Shown: positions 10,430 through 28,108, counted from the stretch's first letter. The stretch: 64,000 nt of DNA from Eledone cirrhosa (GCA_964016885.1 OZ024746.1:59334001-59398000); one strand, 5' to 3'. Numbers and translations are program-made. The notes: generated by a model not told the origin, from the letters alone.

Positions 10430-13400
10430 GATAATGCCACACAAAAATCACCGGGAGTGACGAAATCACCGGAGGTGATGAAATCACCGGTGGTTATGTA
10501 ACCATACATTCGCCAATCCTCGATAAGAGTGTTTAAATGTCGAACCTAAACAGTTCGTATAACGGTGAAGTAGAGACTAGAATGTCATGTGACAGACTCT
10601 CACCCAACAGGTGCTCCCTGGCTCAGCAGCAAAGACCTGGCTGTCAACCAAATACTGCTGGTGTCGGAGGAAGAAGAAGAAGGAAAGGGACCAGAACCAA
10701 CTGGACAAAAGAATTGAATAGAACTGTTATGCAATGTTACCTGAAGAGTAACCCCAAGGAGAAAGGCTATAGGAAACGGATGCATAACATCTGGAACGAG
10801 ATTGGTCTATTTAAATTAGATGAACAAAAATTGGCCGGGCAGGCTCGGGTAATAAGAACTAATGGGTGGATAAGCGAGCTGGAGCTGGAGGAACTGAACA
10901 GAGAGATTAGCTTGGAAATGGAGAGTGGAGTATGCCAGGCAAACAAGCCAGTGGGAAATGAAGGTGAAGAGGTCGAGCGAACGGAGGAACCATCCGAAGC
11001 AGACAATGATCTCAATGCTGAAATAAATAATACCTGGAACAGAGATACGGCCATTGAGGAGATGAATGCTGACGGGCTAGGACAAGATTTGGTTGATATC
11101 CTAAACTTAGTGGTAGATGAATTGAACAATGATAGTGGGAGACCTATGAACCTAAGATTTGTAGACAGGAAAAAGTTAAAAGAAACAACAGCTAAGGTAA
11201 ACAAAGTCATCCCATACCTTGAGGCGAGGAGCCTTCACCAGTGCAACAATATCCTCAAAGCAACAGCAAATACGGTGAGTAAACTACTTGGTATAAAAGC
11301 GAGAGGAAACAACAGACAAGAAAGAGCAGAGCCTTGGTGGAAGAAACGACTGAGTGGTCAAATCAGGGAAATGAGAAATGACATTGGAAAGCTTGAGTCC
11401 CTACTGAATGGGACACTAAAAAACATAGACACTAAAAATAGACTGGAAATAAAGTACAAAACTAGGAGGAAAAAGCTAAATATTATCATAGAGGAACTGA
11501 AGCAACGCATTGTAGCAAAGAGTGCAAAAATCAGGCGATACCAGAACAGAGTCAGCCAGTATAGACAGAACCGCATGTTCGACAACAACCAGAAGATGCT
11601 GTTTGGACAGCTTGAAGGGAAAGAAAGAGGCAACGACTTGATCCCTGAGGCGGAACAAACTAAAACATTCTGGAGAGGAATATGGGAGCAGGATGTTAAA
11701 CATAATGACCAGGCAGTGTGGATTGAGACAGTACAGAAGGAGATTAGTGAACAGGCACACCAACAAACTGATTTGAGTATCACAGTTGAAACTCTTAAGG
11801 GGCAGGCCAAAAAACTAACCAACTGGAAATCACCAGGCCCAGATGGTGTGCAGGGGTATTGGATTAAAAATATAACATCCCTCCATCCGAAACTGACAAC
11901 CATGTTCAAAGACTGCTTGATGTCAGGTGAGGTACCAGAGTGGTTGACAAAAGGTACCACAGTTCTGATAATGAAAGACCGAATCAAGGGTAATGATGTT
12001 ACCAACTATAGACCTATCACATGTCTGTCCGTAATGTGGAAACTGTTGACAAGCATTATGTCTGAGGAAATCTACCATCACCTCCACACAAACATCTTGT
12101 TACCGGACGAACAGAAAGGATGCCGAAAGAAGTCACGTGGTACAAAGGACCAGTTACTTATTGATAAGATGGTAATGAGGAATTGCAAGAGGAGACACAC
12201 TGGTCTTGCCATGGGATGGATAGACTACAAAAAGGCATTTGACATGGTGCCTCATTCTTGGATCACCAAAAGCCTGGAGATCTTCAAGGTGGCAGATAAC
12301 ATCAGACAGTTGTTGGGCAAAAGTATGAAGTCCTGGGAAACAGAGTTAACATCAACTGGAGAATCCTTGGGAAGCGTAAAGATCAAGAGAGGTATCTTCC
12401 AGGGAGATAGTCTGTCCCCTCTGTTGTTTGTCCTTGCCCTGATGCCCCTGACCAGTGTACTGCGAAAGGTGAGAGCAGGATACAGGTTGGGAAAGGGAGA
12501 GCTTACCATCAATCACCTCCTCTTCATGGACGATCTTAAGCTCTTCGGGAAGAGTGAGAAGGAGTTGGATGTGCTTGTTGACACTGTCCGTATTTTCAGC
12601 AATGATATATGTATGCAATTTGGTATTAGTAAGTGTGATGAAGAGGGGTAAGTTGAGCAGAAGTAACGGAATCCAGGTACCAACGGGTGAGAGGATAAAG
12701 GAAATTGACTCTGAAGAAGGATACAAGTATTTGGGCGTTCTGGGGGATGATGACATCAAGACCAAAAAAATGAAGGAATTGATAAGAACTGAATACATTC
12801 GAAGAGTAAGGAGCGTATTGAAGTCACATCTGAACAGTAGGAATGCTATAAGTGCAGTAAATTCCCGAGCTGTGTCTATTATTAGGTACAGTGCGGGAAT
12901 TCTGAGATGGAATGTTGCTGAACAGAAAGAAATGGATAGGAAGACTAGGAAGCTATTGACTATCTACAACATGTTCCACAAGAGGAGTGATGTCGATAGA
13001 CTCTACTTAAGGGGATCTGAGGGTGGAAGAGGTCTTATCAGCATAGAGGACTGTGTTCGGGTGGAGAAAAACAACCTACACGAATACGTGACTGATAGTA
13101 AGGAGCCAATGCTCAGAACTGTACTGAAGGAGGGGACAATAGGCCAGGGGATGTCCAAGGAGGAAATAACATCAAGGAGAAAGAGCAGCCTTCAGGAAAA
13201 ATCCCTTCATAGTACCTTCTTTGAGAAAACTGAATTTAGAGATCCACAGACATGGAACTGGTTGAAAAGAGGAGACCTTAAAAAGGCTACAGAAGGAATG
13301 TTAATGGCTGCGCAGGAGCAGGCCCTCAAAACGAAGTGGTTGAAACACCTTATTTACAAGGAGGAGGCTAGCCCACTGTGCAGGATCTGTGGAGATAGAG

Positions 13401-14025
13401 AGGAGACTGTGGCTTACATTGTATCCGAGTGTAAACACCTAGCCCAGACTCACTATAAGGGCTGGAGACATGATGTGATGGGCAGGGTGATCCACTGGCA
13501 CCTATGCAAAGTAAACAATTTACCACATTCTGAGAAGTGGTATGAGCATAAGCCAGAGGCGGTGATAGAAAACGATCAGGTGAAGGTGCTGTGGGATTTT
13601 AGGATACAGACGGACAAGAAACTGGAACACAATAGACCTGACCTGGTGGTTGTGGACAAAGAAAAAAAGATCGTGCCTGATTGTGGATGTGGCCTGCCCA
13701 TTCGACACGAGAGTGCAAGAGAAGGAGAGGGAGAAAATTAACCGATACCAGGACTTAAAGAGGGAAGTAAAAAGGATTTGGAACTGCCATGAAGTCAAAG
13801 TGATCCCGATTGTCATAGGCGCACTAGGGACTATCTCAAAAAGTTTCCAGGGATGGTTAAAGAAAATTGGCCTCTTCACGCTTTTTGGAACGCTTCAAAA
13901 GGCATGCTTGCTGGGAACAGCAAGAACCCTCCGATACGTCCTGAATATCTGAGGCTGCAGGTAGTGGCTTGATATTCATTCCAACGGACTTTCCAGTTAA
14001 CTAACATCAATGACTGAGATTCAAG

Positions 14026-14094
<69 letters not shown>
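10430..14094 (+). mobile_element. R4/Dong-like RLE retrotransposon #2 ending in (AAT)n at 14027-14094; 5' end uncertain
   Basis: As above; short 3' UTR then a long TAA tract. Confidence 0.85.
10537..13952 (+). pseudogene. R4/Dong-like RT-RLE ORF #2, broken by frameshifts near 12635 and 13665
   Basis: ORFs 10537-12651, 12554-13741 and 13650-13952 join into one protein: NYRPITCL, IDYKKAFD, GIFQGDSLSPLLF, FMDD, YKYLG, CRIC, RHD, NRPDLVV, IVDVACP, PIVIGALG. Confidence 0.92.
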
Positions 14095-14096
<2 letters not shown>

Positions 14097-15359
14097 GTCC
14101 GTTTATAGGCATGATTATTTTGATGGAAAAATAGAGAAAATCGATAAAAGCAGATCGAATTACTCTTTATTATCGATGTCTGTTGTGAGAAGATCAATAC
14201 CTGACACTAAAATAATGGAGTAGAATTTACTGCCTCATTCAAACAAATTGGGGAGAAATTTATAGCGTTGTCAACTCCAATTATTTTCAAATTGAAGTTT
14301 AATTGAGTCGATTTGAATCGGATGTTGTCTCAACTACTGGCTACAAATGATATAAATCTCAACACTCAACTATTTATCAAACCTATTTACACTTTAGAAT
14401 TTAAAACTATTTCTAGTTTTATTATCATTATTAAAAAGGGAAAATCTACATCATCCTCGGTTCCTGAAATGAACGGTGTCAAGGTAGTTCCTCCCAATCC
14501 TGAGATTGTAGAGAAACATACATCACACTTGGTCTCAGAAGTGAAAGATATCGGTTCCTTCTCCTAAGAGTACCACATCATCTATTGGCGATGATGAGAA
14601 CGAAATTATGGTTGAGGAAGGTTGGCAGTCTTTGTAACAGAAAATAAATGAAGAAATGGAAATACAACAAAAGCTGACGTGGCAGAATACGATTATTTGA
14701 AATACACACTCGTCTTAACAAACGAGAGTTGCTTAACAATGTGTATGGATTAGAGGAGGTAAACCCACGCATTATGGGGATGGTCTCAGAAATAAATGAT
14801 TGCTACCGACAAAAGAAAAATCCGAAGAGATAAAGTACTTGATCAAGCCATTGAAAAAATAGTGACGGGGGTTTGTCATATACTCGAGAAATATAATGTT
14901 TGGTGAGTGAACAGACCAGGTGTGCTCTGATTTGACTTAATTAGTCGACTCTCACTTACGTGAGAATGGCCAATCCTAAATGTGTTCATGTCTTATATTA
15001 TACTTTGTGTTAATGATTAAGTATGTATTTTATAAAACTATTATACTTATGACATGTTTTATCAAATGTTGTCCGTCTCTTGTAAAAAATTTAGACTATC
15101 CTCTTTTTTATATAATTTTCTTTGTCCAGCCCTAGATGCATTGTAATCCCTATATTTATAACCTTTATTCTATTATATCTGTAGCTAATAAATAAATGAG
15201 ACATAAAATATGATGGTTGATTTGCAGAATTATTAGAGCGTCAGTGAAAATATTTGCAACATCTAAATCGGTTTTTACGTTCTGAGTTCAAATTTTTCAG
15301 TGGCAATAAAATAAAGTACCAGCCAAGTATCAATCCAACCAATCTTGCTATATGGAAGT

Positions 15360-15720
15360 GAAACATAGATGCTTTCATCCAAACAGCAAAAGCGCCTTGA
15401 TAGCACCTACACTCACCTACTTCGACGCATTCAGAACATAAGCTGGCGACATCTGACTTTGAAAGAAATATATCTGTCGTACGTAAAAGGAGAGTAAGAT
15501 TTGCTGGTCACTGCCATCGTGCCACCTATGACGCTGTGTCCCCATTAGTGCTTTGGAAACCACAAGCAGTCACTAATAACAGGGGGCGCAAACTCTCCTA
15601 TCCCGGTGTCATCTAAAGATATTCTGGTATTGAAATCCAGAATTTGGCAACAGCAATGAACAGACCCACGTGGATATCAATCGTTGAGTAAATTTCAGCT
15701 GAGATCGCCGGATGATGATA
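15360..15720 (+). mobile_element. Decayed RTE-like LINE 3' fragment
   Basis: Translates KRRVRFAGHCHRA...PLVLWKP...RGRKLSYP, a typical RTE C-terminus; ends in GATGATGAT. Confidence 0.65.
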
Positions 15721-16329
15721 TGTTTTATTAAATAACTTTTAACAAAAAAAATAGCTTTTTTTCTTATTATTTTCAAAAGAATTTGAAAAATCATTGGCGG
15801 TGCCGCTCATTCTGAATTTGGTAACGAAAGGGTTAAAAGATGTATCTAAAATATGGCAAATCAAATAATGAGATCGATGGAGGTTTATGGTGTTTTCTCC
15901 ATCAGGGAACACACTCTGAGACTTAAGTGAATTCAGAAGACCGTTCAATCGGAAATTGAAATCGTGAAGGGCACTCTACATGGTCAGAATTCATCATTTG
16001 TTTTTGCCTTTGTTTTATAAAAATTTTTAGTGTTCTCTATCTTCTCCATTACTACAATAACATGAATTTGATATATTTAATATCCTTGGTTTTAGTTGTT
16101 GTTGCATTTTTTTGGTGCTTTGTTTTGTATCTATATAATATTCTTTTCAGATTTGATATATTTCTCCATAACCAAACTCAGAGCGTAAACGAATCTTTGG
16201 GTTGTGCTAAGTGCATAAAAAGAAATCCGCTTGTTCGTGACTAACAAAGTCTTTTACGTGTTTTCATTTTTGTTTTCTTTTGTTTGTAATTTTTTTATTA
16301 TTATACTTGCGTTTTGTTACAGGGTACAG

Positions 16330-19745
<3,416 letters not shown>

Positions 19746-20050
19746 CACGTATTTTCTTTACTGATTATATTTACTCTGGGTATAAGAATATGCAATATTT
19801 CAATACGATATGAAATATTTAGGCCGTTTCTATTTTCCGTAAAACAAAAATGTAATAATTGTTTCTACTTTTGGCACAAGGCCAGCAATTATTCCAGTGT
19901 ATTACTGGTACTTTATTTTATCGACCCCGTAAGGATGAAAGCCAAAGTTAACCTCGGCACATTTGTTTAACATCGTAATTAATTAAAAGTAAATATTGAT
20001 ACAGTATCCATAACATATTGGATGATTGAAGATCAATTATTATTATTTAG

Positions 20051-20235
20051 AGGGCGGTGAATTGGCAGTATCGGTAGTGCATCAGACACCATGCTTTTCA
20101 GCATAAAGTTATTGCCCTTTACGTTCTGAGTTCAAATCCCACCCGGGTTAACTTTGACTTTAATCTGAAATAAAGTAGCAATAATGCACTGGGGTAATTG
20201 CTGGCTTTGTGCTAAAAATAGAAACAATTATTATT
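20051..20235 (+). mobile_element. tRNA-derived SINE family A copy (other copies ~19855-19960 -, ~20810-20935 -, ~37240-37380 -)
   Basis: A-box-like TGGCAGTATCGG, B-box-like GAGTTCAAATCC, 3' end TTGCTGGC...AGAAACAATTATTATT. Confidence 0.8.
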
Positions 20236-21406
20236 TAGAGCCCTCAAAGAGAAAAGAATGCAGTGTAAACACCCTTTCAATTATTCCTTGCGTATGTATG
20301 ACATACACGAGCTTCCTGTGAGAACTTATATTCTATTTTAGAATCACCACAGAGAAAGACTTGATTCCCTGCCTCAGCTTCTTTAAACTCTACACACACC
20401 AATCACATATACATTAACACACACACAACTTACACACAGGAACTTAGCTCGCATACAAACAACTTCAATGCAAGAAAATAGTTGCACCCTTTTCTGATAT
20501 ATATAAACATACATACCTATAGAAAGACATATTCCACAACAATTTTTTCATGTAGTAAAACATCTGCTCACCAAAAGAGGCACAATTCTCAGCACATACT
20601 CACCCGGTATACTAAAATGCACATTTGGTATGGTATGGTCCCGTCACCTCTGGGGGGGGGGGGGGGGCGTAAGGGTGCTATATTGACATAGGCGTTTCTT
20701 GGGCATTTAAAGCCTGGCGGAGCCCAACCTTCTCCAGGCAGATTTCTTCCAGAGAAAGACAGAAAGTGAGAGAGAGAAAATGCGAAAGAGATATACATTT
20801 TTTTGTTATCGACCTCGAAAGGATGAAAAGCAAAGTTGACCTCAGCGGGTTTCGAACTCAGAGAGCAGAGAACCGGAACGAATACCAACAAGCATTCTAT
20901 TCGCTGTTCTAACGACTCAGCCAATTCGCCGCCTAAATACACATTTACATCTTCAAAATGTCCACAGGATCATTTCCACATAAATACCACATATATGAGA
21001 AGACATAAATTCTAATCGCCATAGCCAAGCATCTACACACACCAACACACTCTCCCATACACAAACAAATGTTTCCAAAAAGATACTATGTTATGTTTGC
21101 ATACTTTTATTCATCCACCTCCATTTCATTTCATACTCAACACCTTATCTTTCAGGACAGAGGCAGATTTAGCCCTTTCTGGCGTCCTTAATTTTGCGTG
21201 TAATTTTCGTATTTCGTCTTTCTTTTTTTTCTCCATAACTAAATACTTTTCTCTGTAATGTTTCGCTTCCATTTCTTTCTGTTAAAGGACAAACGTCTGG
21301 AACTTTAAGGTCATATATTTTCTTATTTTTTGTACATAAAACTAAATACATTCTCATTTTAATGTGTTATTCTCTGCCGTTGCTATTCCATGAATTTAAT
21401 TCATTT

Positions 21407-21560
<154 letters not shown>

Positions 21561-22106
21561 GTGTGTACTTCTGTATGAGTGTATCTAAACTCGTACACAT
21601 ACACAAACGCACATACGTAAATATACGCACACACATATATATATGTTTATATATATATATGATGTATGTTGTATATCTCTGTGTGTCGGTTGTGTTTGTC
21701 CATATACTTGCTATTTGTTTTCAGCCTGAAGTGTTTGTATGAATTTTGCTTGAGTTTAGGTGAGTAACCGTGTGCATAGAGCAGAAAGTTTGAATATGCG
21801 CATGGAATACAAACAATTCATATCCCTCCCCCACTCACACACACTCTATTTCTCTTTCTCTCCCTCAATCTCTCTCTCTCTCTCTCACTCTCTCTCACTC
21901 TCTCTCTTTCCTAATAGAAATTTATATATGTGTGTCTCTGTGTATTTGTGTACATATATACATATTTACATATACAGATGTATATACATGCTTTCCTACA
22001 TAAGCATATATAGTATAAAAGTCAGGACGCTCAATTTTATAAATCTATATATGGGTATATATATTATATATATATATGTGTGTGTATGTGTGTTTACCTT
22101 TTATAT

Positions 22107-22173
<67 letters not shown>

Positions 22174-23353
22174 TATATACGTATATATACATATATATAT
22201 ACATATACACATATATATATATATATATATATACATACACACACATATATATATATATATATATACATACACACACAAATATATATTTATACATATACAT
22301 ATATATACATATATACATATGAGAAAAAATAGTCAACAGGAATATTTTTTGTTTGTGTATGACTGTAAGAATCTCGAAACAAGTGTCAATATTGTGTTTT
22401 GCTGATAATATTCAATAGAACTCTACAAGACTGGTTTTATAAAGACAACTACAACACTCCCTCCTCAATAAATCATTTATTCGTTTCGTTTCCTTTCGTT
22501 TTTCGTTTTTCTTATTATTTTTCCGTTTTACATTTTCCTTTTTGTCTGTGCATATGCGTCTCCTTAATTTTTTTCCGAGTAAACCTTTTGTTTTCCTCTT
22601 TTCTTTTCACATTTTCCTTTTTCTTTTTTCATTTGGTTTTCTTTTTTTTCGTTGTCCAACCAATAATTCTTATATTCACAGAATTGAAATTTTTTTAGAT
22701 TTTTCTTTCCATTTTTAAGGCTCTTATTTAATAAAAATTAAGAATGATACTAGTAATGATGATGATGGTGGTGGTGGTGGTGACGATTATTATTTTTTTT
22801 TTTTTTTTTTTTTTGTTGTTGTTACTACTAATATCTTTATGTTTGCCACTGGAAGGCATATATGGATAGAATAAAGCTTATGGAGAATGTACAATCTTAA
22901 TTTAGATCCGCATCCGCGAATACTGGTCCCATCAGTTACTGGCACTCGACAAAGCTTATTTGAGGCAAACAAAGAAGAAGAAGAAGAAGAAGAAGAAGAA
23001 GAAGATCAGCTTAATATCAATATTCAATATTCAAGAAGGGAATCTACAGATACACATTCTGATAAAAGTCTATTGTGCGTTAGAGCCTTGGCAAAAGTAT
23101 TGTTGATATCAAGCGTTAGACCTATTACATGCCTACCATTAGTATGAAAGCTTTTGACTGTTATTTTGGCCTAGAAATGGTATAATCGCCTGGTATTGCA
23201 TGATTTGTTACCACTCAAGTAAAAAGGTTGTAAGGAAGGTTGTATAGGTACAACAAAAATCGACTACTCATTGATAGAAAGGTAATAAGGTATTACAGAA
23301 GAAGTCTGAGAAACTTAGTCATTGCGTGATCAATAATAATTTTTAAAATCGTA

Positions 23354-23820
23354 TAATTGTTTCTACTTTTGGCACAAGGCCAGCAATTTGTCACAAGATC
23401 AGCAATTACCCCAGCGCATTACTGGTACTTTGTTTATCGACCCCGTGAGCATGAAAGGCAAAGTAAAGGACTGTAACTCTATGCTGCAAAGCATGGCATA
23501 CCAGTCAATTACTGGAGTCAAGATAATCTACGTTCTCCTCCCTTAGAAATTGCTAATATTGTGACTATATTAGAAAACATTATTCTAAGCTGCAAAGCAT
23601 GGCATCCGACCCTCTACCGATACTGCCAATATAATTATTTCTACTTTTGGCACAAGACCAACAATTACCCCAGTGCATTACTGGTACTTTATTTTATTGA
23701 CCCCCGTAAGGATGAAAGGCAAAGTTAACCTCGGCATGATTTGCTCTCAGACCGTAAAGGGCCGTAACTCTATGCTGAAAAGCTTGGCATCCGACCCTCT
23801 ACCGATACTGCCAATCCATC
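23354..23820 (-). mobile_element. Cluster of SINE family A copies
   Basis: AATTGTTTCTACTTTTGGCACAAGG...GGATGAAAGGCAAAG...CCGATACTGCCAAT motifs. Confidence 0.8.
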
Positions 23821-23849
23821 GTATAATATAATGCTGCACAGCTGGATTT

Positions 23850-25570
23850 TGTCGGTGATGAACATTTCTTTTTGGTTGTGCTGATAATATTAATTTAATG
23901 AAACAAGACATGTCTGCTTGGAACACCCAATTAACATCAAGCGATAAAATGTAAAAATTAGACGTGGAGTTTTCTCCCTTGTTATTTGTGTATTGGCAAT
24001 GATGATTTCTTTTTCGTGGATGTTGGAGAATGTGAAATCTCCTTATGATCTAGGACGAGAGAATGGAAAGTTTAATTTGCTAATCTGTTCTTTATTGACG
24101 ACCTGACAATTATTTGCCAAAACTGCGAACCAATTAGACAACTTAATTCAAACTGTTAGAATTTTCTCAGGGGATTTGAAAATGAATTTCGATTGACAAA
24201 ATGTTGTTTTGATCCTGAAAAGGGAGAAATTAATGAGGAGCAACGGAAATAAGATGCTAAACAGAGAGCACATCAAATCCATAGAAGAAGGTTTCAACTA
24301 CAAGTATTTGGGTGTTTTGGTAACGAACGGCACACAACACACAAAAATGGAGATAATAAGTACTGAATACTTCAGAAGGATTCGGAAAGTTTGGCAGAGC
24401 AAACGACATGAAAGAAACACGATTATAGCAGTTAATACAGAGGGGGTGTCGATGATAATGTATGGAGATGGTTTTATAGACTGGACCAAATTGGAGCTCC
24501 AAACAATGGATAGGAGAACTATAAAACGTTGACCACGCATGGTGCTCATCACCCAAGAATAGACATGCACAGGCCGTACATGAAGAGGAGAGATGGAGGC
24601 CGAGGACTTATTGGTGTTGAATATTGTGTGAGCATGGAAAAGAAAAACCTGGATCAATGAATACCTGATCAAAGTAGTAAAAAATGAACTGGTATTTAAG
24701 AAAGAAAAGGGAGAAAAAATAAAGAAGTGCAAAGCATGCATAAATATTTAAGGGAACAGAAATCATTAGATGGACAATTTGAACAAGGAACCAAAGAACA
24801 GAGGCAAAAATACATAGGTTTGGCTTAGAGACGTAACTCTAAAAAAAAAACCACATATACAGGGTGTGTGGAATGTTTGTGGTGTCAGAGGCACACATTG
24901 TTGCCATAATTTGGCCCCAAATGAATACAAGAAATGGAGACACGATGAACTAGCCAAGATTGGAAACTCTGCCGGAAGTGGGGACTTGTGTCTGAAGATA
25001 AGAGGTAAAACCATAAGTCAGAGAAAGTAATTAGATCAGAAGATTATAAAATCTTATGTGACTTCGTAATACAGACAGGGTTTCCCAAACCTTTTCAAAC
25101 GTGGAACCCTTTTGGGTTCAGAAACTTTTGGGGAAACCCCAAAGCCTAATGCTGTTATATGGTCGTAATATAAATACCTTTTTTCACGGAACCCCAGACA
25201 CTCCTTTGCAGAACTCTTGGGATCCCCAGAATCCACTTTGGAAACCACTGTATTATATAGCACAACAAGCCAGACATAACTGTGGTGGACAAAATATAGA
25301 AATGGGGATATATGATAGACCCTTCATACCTTATTTGATTTAAGAGTGAATATAAAAGAAGAGCAAAGGGATAAAAATAACAATCCATTAAAGTATGAGA
25401 TTGTGGAAATTGAAAAAGGTCATAGCAGAAGAAATAGGTGCCTTGGGAACAGTAACCCATAAATTTGATTATTGGATAAAGGATATAGCAATTGAGTGGC
25501 CTATAGCATTACTCCAAAACTCTTGCCCATTGGGAACAGTGTGTATCATAACGAAAGTTATGGACAGTTG
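23850..25570 (+). pseudogene. Heavily decayed R4/Dong-like RT-RLE fragment
   Basis: Remnants SPLLFV, LFFIDDL, YKYLGVL (ORF 24209-24532), WRHD, HNKPDI, GALGTV. Confidence 0.8.
25076..25250. mobile_element. hAT-like MITE inserted in the decayed R4-like element
   Basis: TIRs CAGGGTTTCCCAAA / TTTGGAAACCACTG; interrupts the DFVIQ...HNKPD segment. No clear TSD. Confidence 0.7.
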
Positions 25571-25669
25571 ATGGAGACAAATTTAGTGATGCCATAGGCC
25601 ATTGGTTGTGGTCAGTTATCGCATAATATACGGATTTTGAACGCCCTATCAGAGAAAACAGTCCACTTA

Positions 25670-25905
25670 TAGTGATGGTGATGATGATGATGATGGTGGT
25701 GGTAGTCGTGATGATGAGGATTATGATGTTGATGAGGAGGATGATGATGTTGGTGGTCGTCGTGGTCGTGGTCGTGGTTGTGGTCGTGGTCGTGGTTGAG
25801 GTCATCGTCGTCGTCGCCGCCGCCGCCGTCTTAAATGTAGTGGTGGGGGGGACGTCGTCGACGTCGTCGTCGCTGCCGCCGTCGTGTTGGTGGTGGTGGT
25901 AGTAG
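25670..25905. repeat. (GAT)/(GGT)/(GTC) trinucleotide low-complexity tract
   Basis: Read directly. Confidence 0.9.
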
Positions 25906-26307
25906 TATTCTAATTCTTTGTTTATGTTAAGATAGCAGCATTATCAACATTTGTTTGTGTTGTTGAAAACGAGCTGCTTTGTCAAAGGAAAAACCTCTAA
26001 TGAAGAAACTCACTACACCAAAATTAATGTGATTTTGTATAGGATTTAGTTTTCAAACAAAAATGGTTTGTTGTGTGTTGTTGCTTCTTCCATTGCTGCG
26101 ATTCTCTTGTGTTTTTAATTCGTCGACTTACTGTGAAATAAACGGTTACAAAGTAGCAAAGTAGCACACTATATTACACATGAATACATAAATGTATTGT
26201 GTAAAGCAGTTCTGAGAGTAGAAAACGAAGTCTTCCATGTGTATATATATATATGCATATATATATATATATATGTATATATGTGTGTGTGTGTGTATGT
26301 ATATATG

Positions 26308-26421
<114 letters not shown>

Positions 26422-26526
26422 TTGAAAAAAAATGAAAACGAAAAACGAAATTTCATTTCTCACTCTTAGTATGGCACTTACTTAAATGTAAGTATGTATG
26501 TATACGTACATACATATATGTATACA

Positions 26527-26571
26527 AACGGTGCTGATGATAGCTAACAAGCTTGAAACTAGTACATCGTT
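26527..26571 (+). ncRNA. Minimal type I hammerhead ribozyme (copy 1)
   Basis: AACGGUG-CUGAUGA-UAGCuaacaaGCUU-GAAA-CUAG-UA-CAUCGUU: 7-bp stem I, intact core, palindromic stem III (ACUAGU), predicted cleavage after GUA at 26564. Confidence 0.82.
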
Positions 26572-26995
26572 CCTGTGTCAGTGTTGAACAAAAAGGTGAC
26601 GTGGTTGCCTTAACACCGTATGGCATAAATTCAGGCTGTTCAGTTTGTTGACAAACGAACAAAGCGAGCGCTATAATAAGCGTCTGCTAAACTGATGCGT
26701 GCATATATGTATGTGTACCTGCATGTATGTATATGTATATATATATATATACATGCTACTGTACGTCTGTATACATATATGTATGTACGTATACATACAT
26801 ACTTACATTTAAGTAAGTGCCATACTAAGAGTGAGAAATGAAATTTCGTTTTTCGTTTTCATTTTTTTTCAACTTATCGTTTTCGGTATGCCTGACCGAT
26901 TTAACTCACTCAATATGCAAATTAGGCTGCTCAGCCGTTAATTTTCATAAGGAAAGTATATACTTTCGAACGTTCAACTATCTGGCAGATGGGTA

Positions 26996-27040
26996 AACGG
27001 TGCTGATGATAGCTAACAAGCTTGAAACTAGTACATCGTT
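26996..27040 (+). ncRNA. Minimal type I hammerhead ribozyme (copy 2)
   Basis: Identical to copy 1, offset 469 nt; cleavage after 27033. Confidence 0.82.
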
Positions 27041-27464
27041 CCTGTGTCAGTGTTGAACAAAAAGGTGACGTGGTTGCCTTAACACCGTATGGCATAAATT
27101 CAGGCTGTTCAGTTTGTTGACAAACGAACAAAGCGAGCGCTATAATAAGCGTCTGCTAAACTGATGCGTGCATATATGTATGTGTACCTGCATGTATGTA
27201 TATGTATATATAAATATATACATGCTACTGTACGTCTGTATACATATATGTATGTACGTATACATACATACTTACATTTAAGTAAGTGCCATACTAAGAG
27301 TGAGAAATGAAATTTCGTTTTTCGTTTTCATTTTTTTTCAGCTTATCGTTTTCGGTATGCCTGACCGATTTAACTCACTCAATATGCAAATTAGGCTGCT
27401 CAGCCGTTAATTTTCATAAGGAAAGTATATACTTTCGAACGTTCAACTATCTGGCAGATGGGTA

Positions 27465-27509
27465 AACGGTGCTGATGATAGCTAACAAGCTTGAAACTAG
27501 TACATCGTT
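27465..27509 (+). ncRNA. Minimal type I hammerhead ribozyme (copy 3)
   Basis: Identical to copy 1, offset 938 nt; cleavage after 27502. Confidence 0.82.
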
Positions 27510-27812
27510 CCTGTGTCAGTGTTGAACAAAAAGGTGACGTGGTTGCCTTAACACCGTATGGCATAAATTCAGGCTGTTCAGTTTGTTGACAAACGAACAA
27601 AGCGAGCGCTATAATAAGCGTCTGCTAAACTGATGCGTGCATATATGTATGTGTACCTGCATGTATGTATATGTATATATATATATATACATGCTACTGT
27701 ACGTCTGTATACATATATGTATGTACGTATACATACATACTTACATATATATATATATAAAATATTAAACAAATAATGAATAAACAATTCCTTATATTAA
27801 ACAAAAAAATTC

Positions 27813-27961
27813 ATTATTTAACGATCGTTTCTAGGGTATATATGTGTTATAATTGGTATGCATATTCAACAGATCTATGTACAAAATTATACAAAATTAT
27901 ACAAATTATCAAGATTAAATATACATACCTAACACATATATACGCCGTCTTCAGAAATAAT
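27813..27961 (-). ncRNA. Mirror-image hammerhead ribozyme in the left palindrome arm
   Basis: Reverse-complement copy of 27960-28108. Confidence 0.72.
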
Positions 27962-28108
27962 TATTTCTGAAGACGGCGTATATATGTGTTAGGTATGTAT
28001 ATTTAATCTTGATAATTTGTATAATTTTGTATAATTTTGTACATAGATCTGTTGAATATGCATACCAATTATAACACATATATACCCTAGAAACGATCGT
28101 TAAATAAT
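27960..28108 (+). ncRNA. Type I hammerhead ribozyme with long stem II
   Basis: AUUAUUU-CUGAAGA-...GUAUAUAUGUGUUA/UAACACAUAUAUAC (14-bp helix)...-GAAA-CGAUCG-UU-AAAUAAU: 7-bp stem I, palindromic stem III. Confidence 0.75.

Noticed and set aside
14110-14910. Non-repetitive stretch with short ORFs after the last TAA tract
   Set aside because: No domain or splice pattern recognisable; left unannotated.
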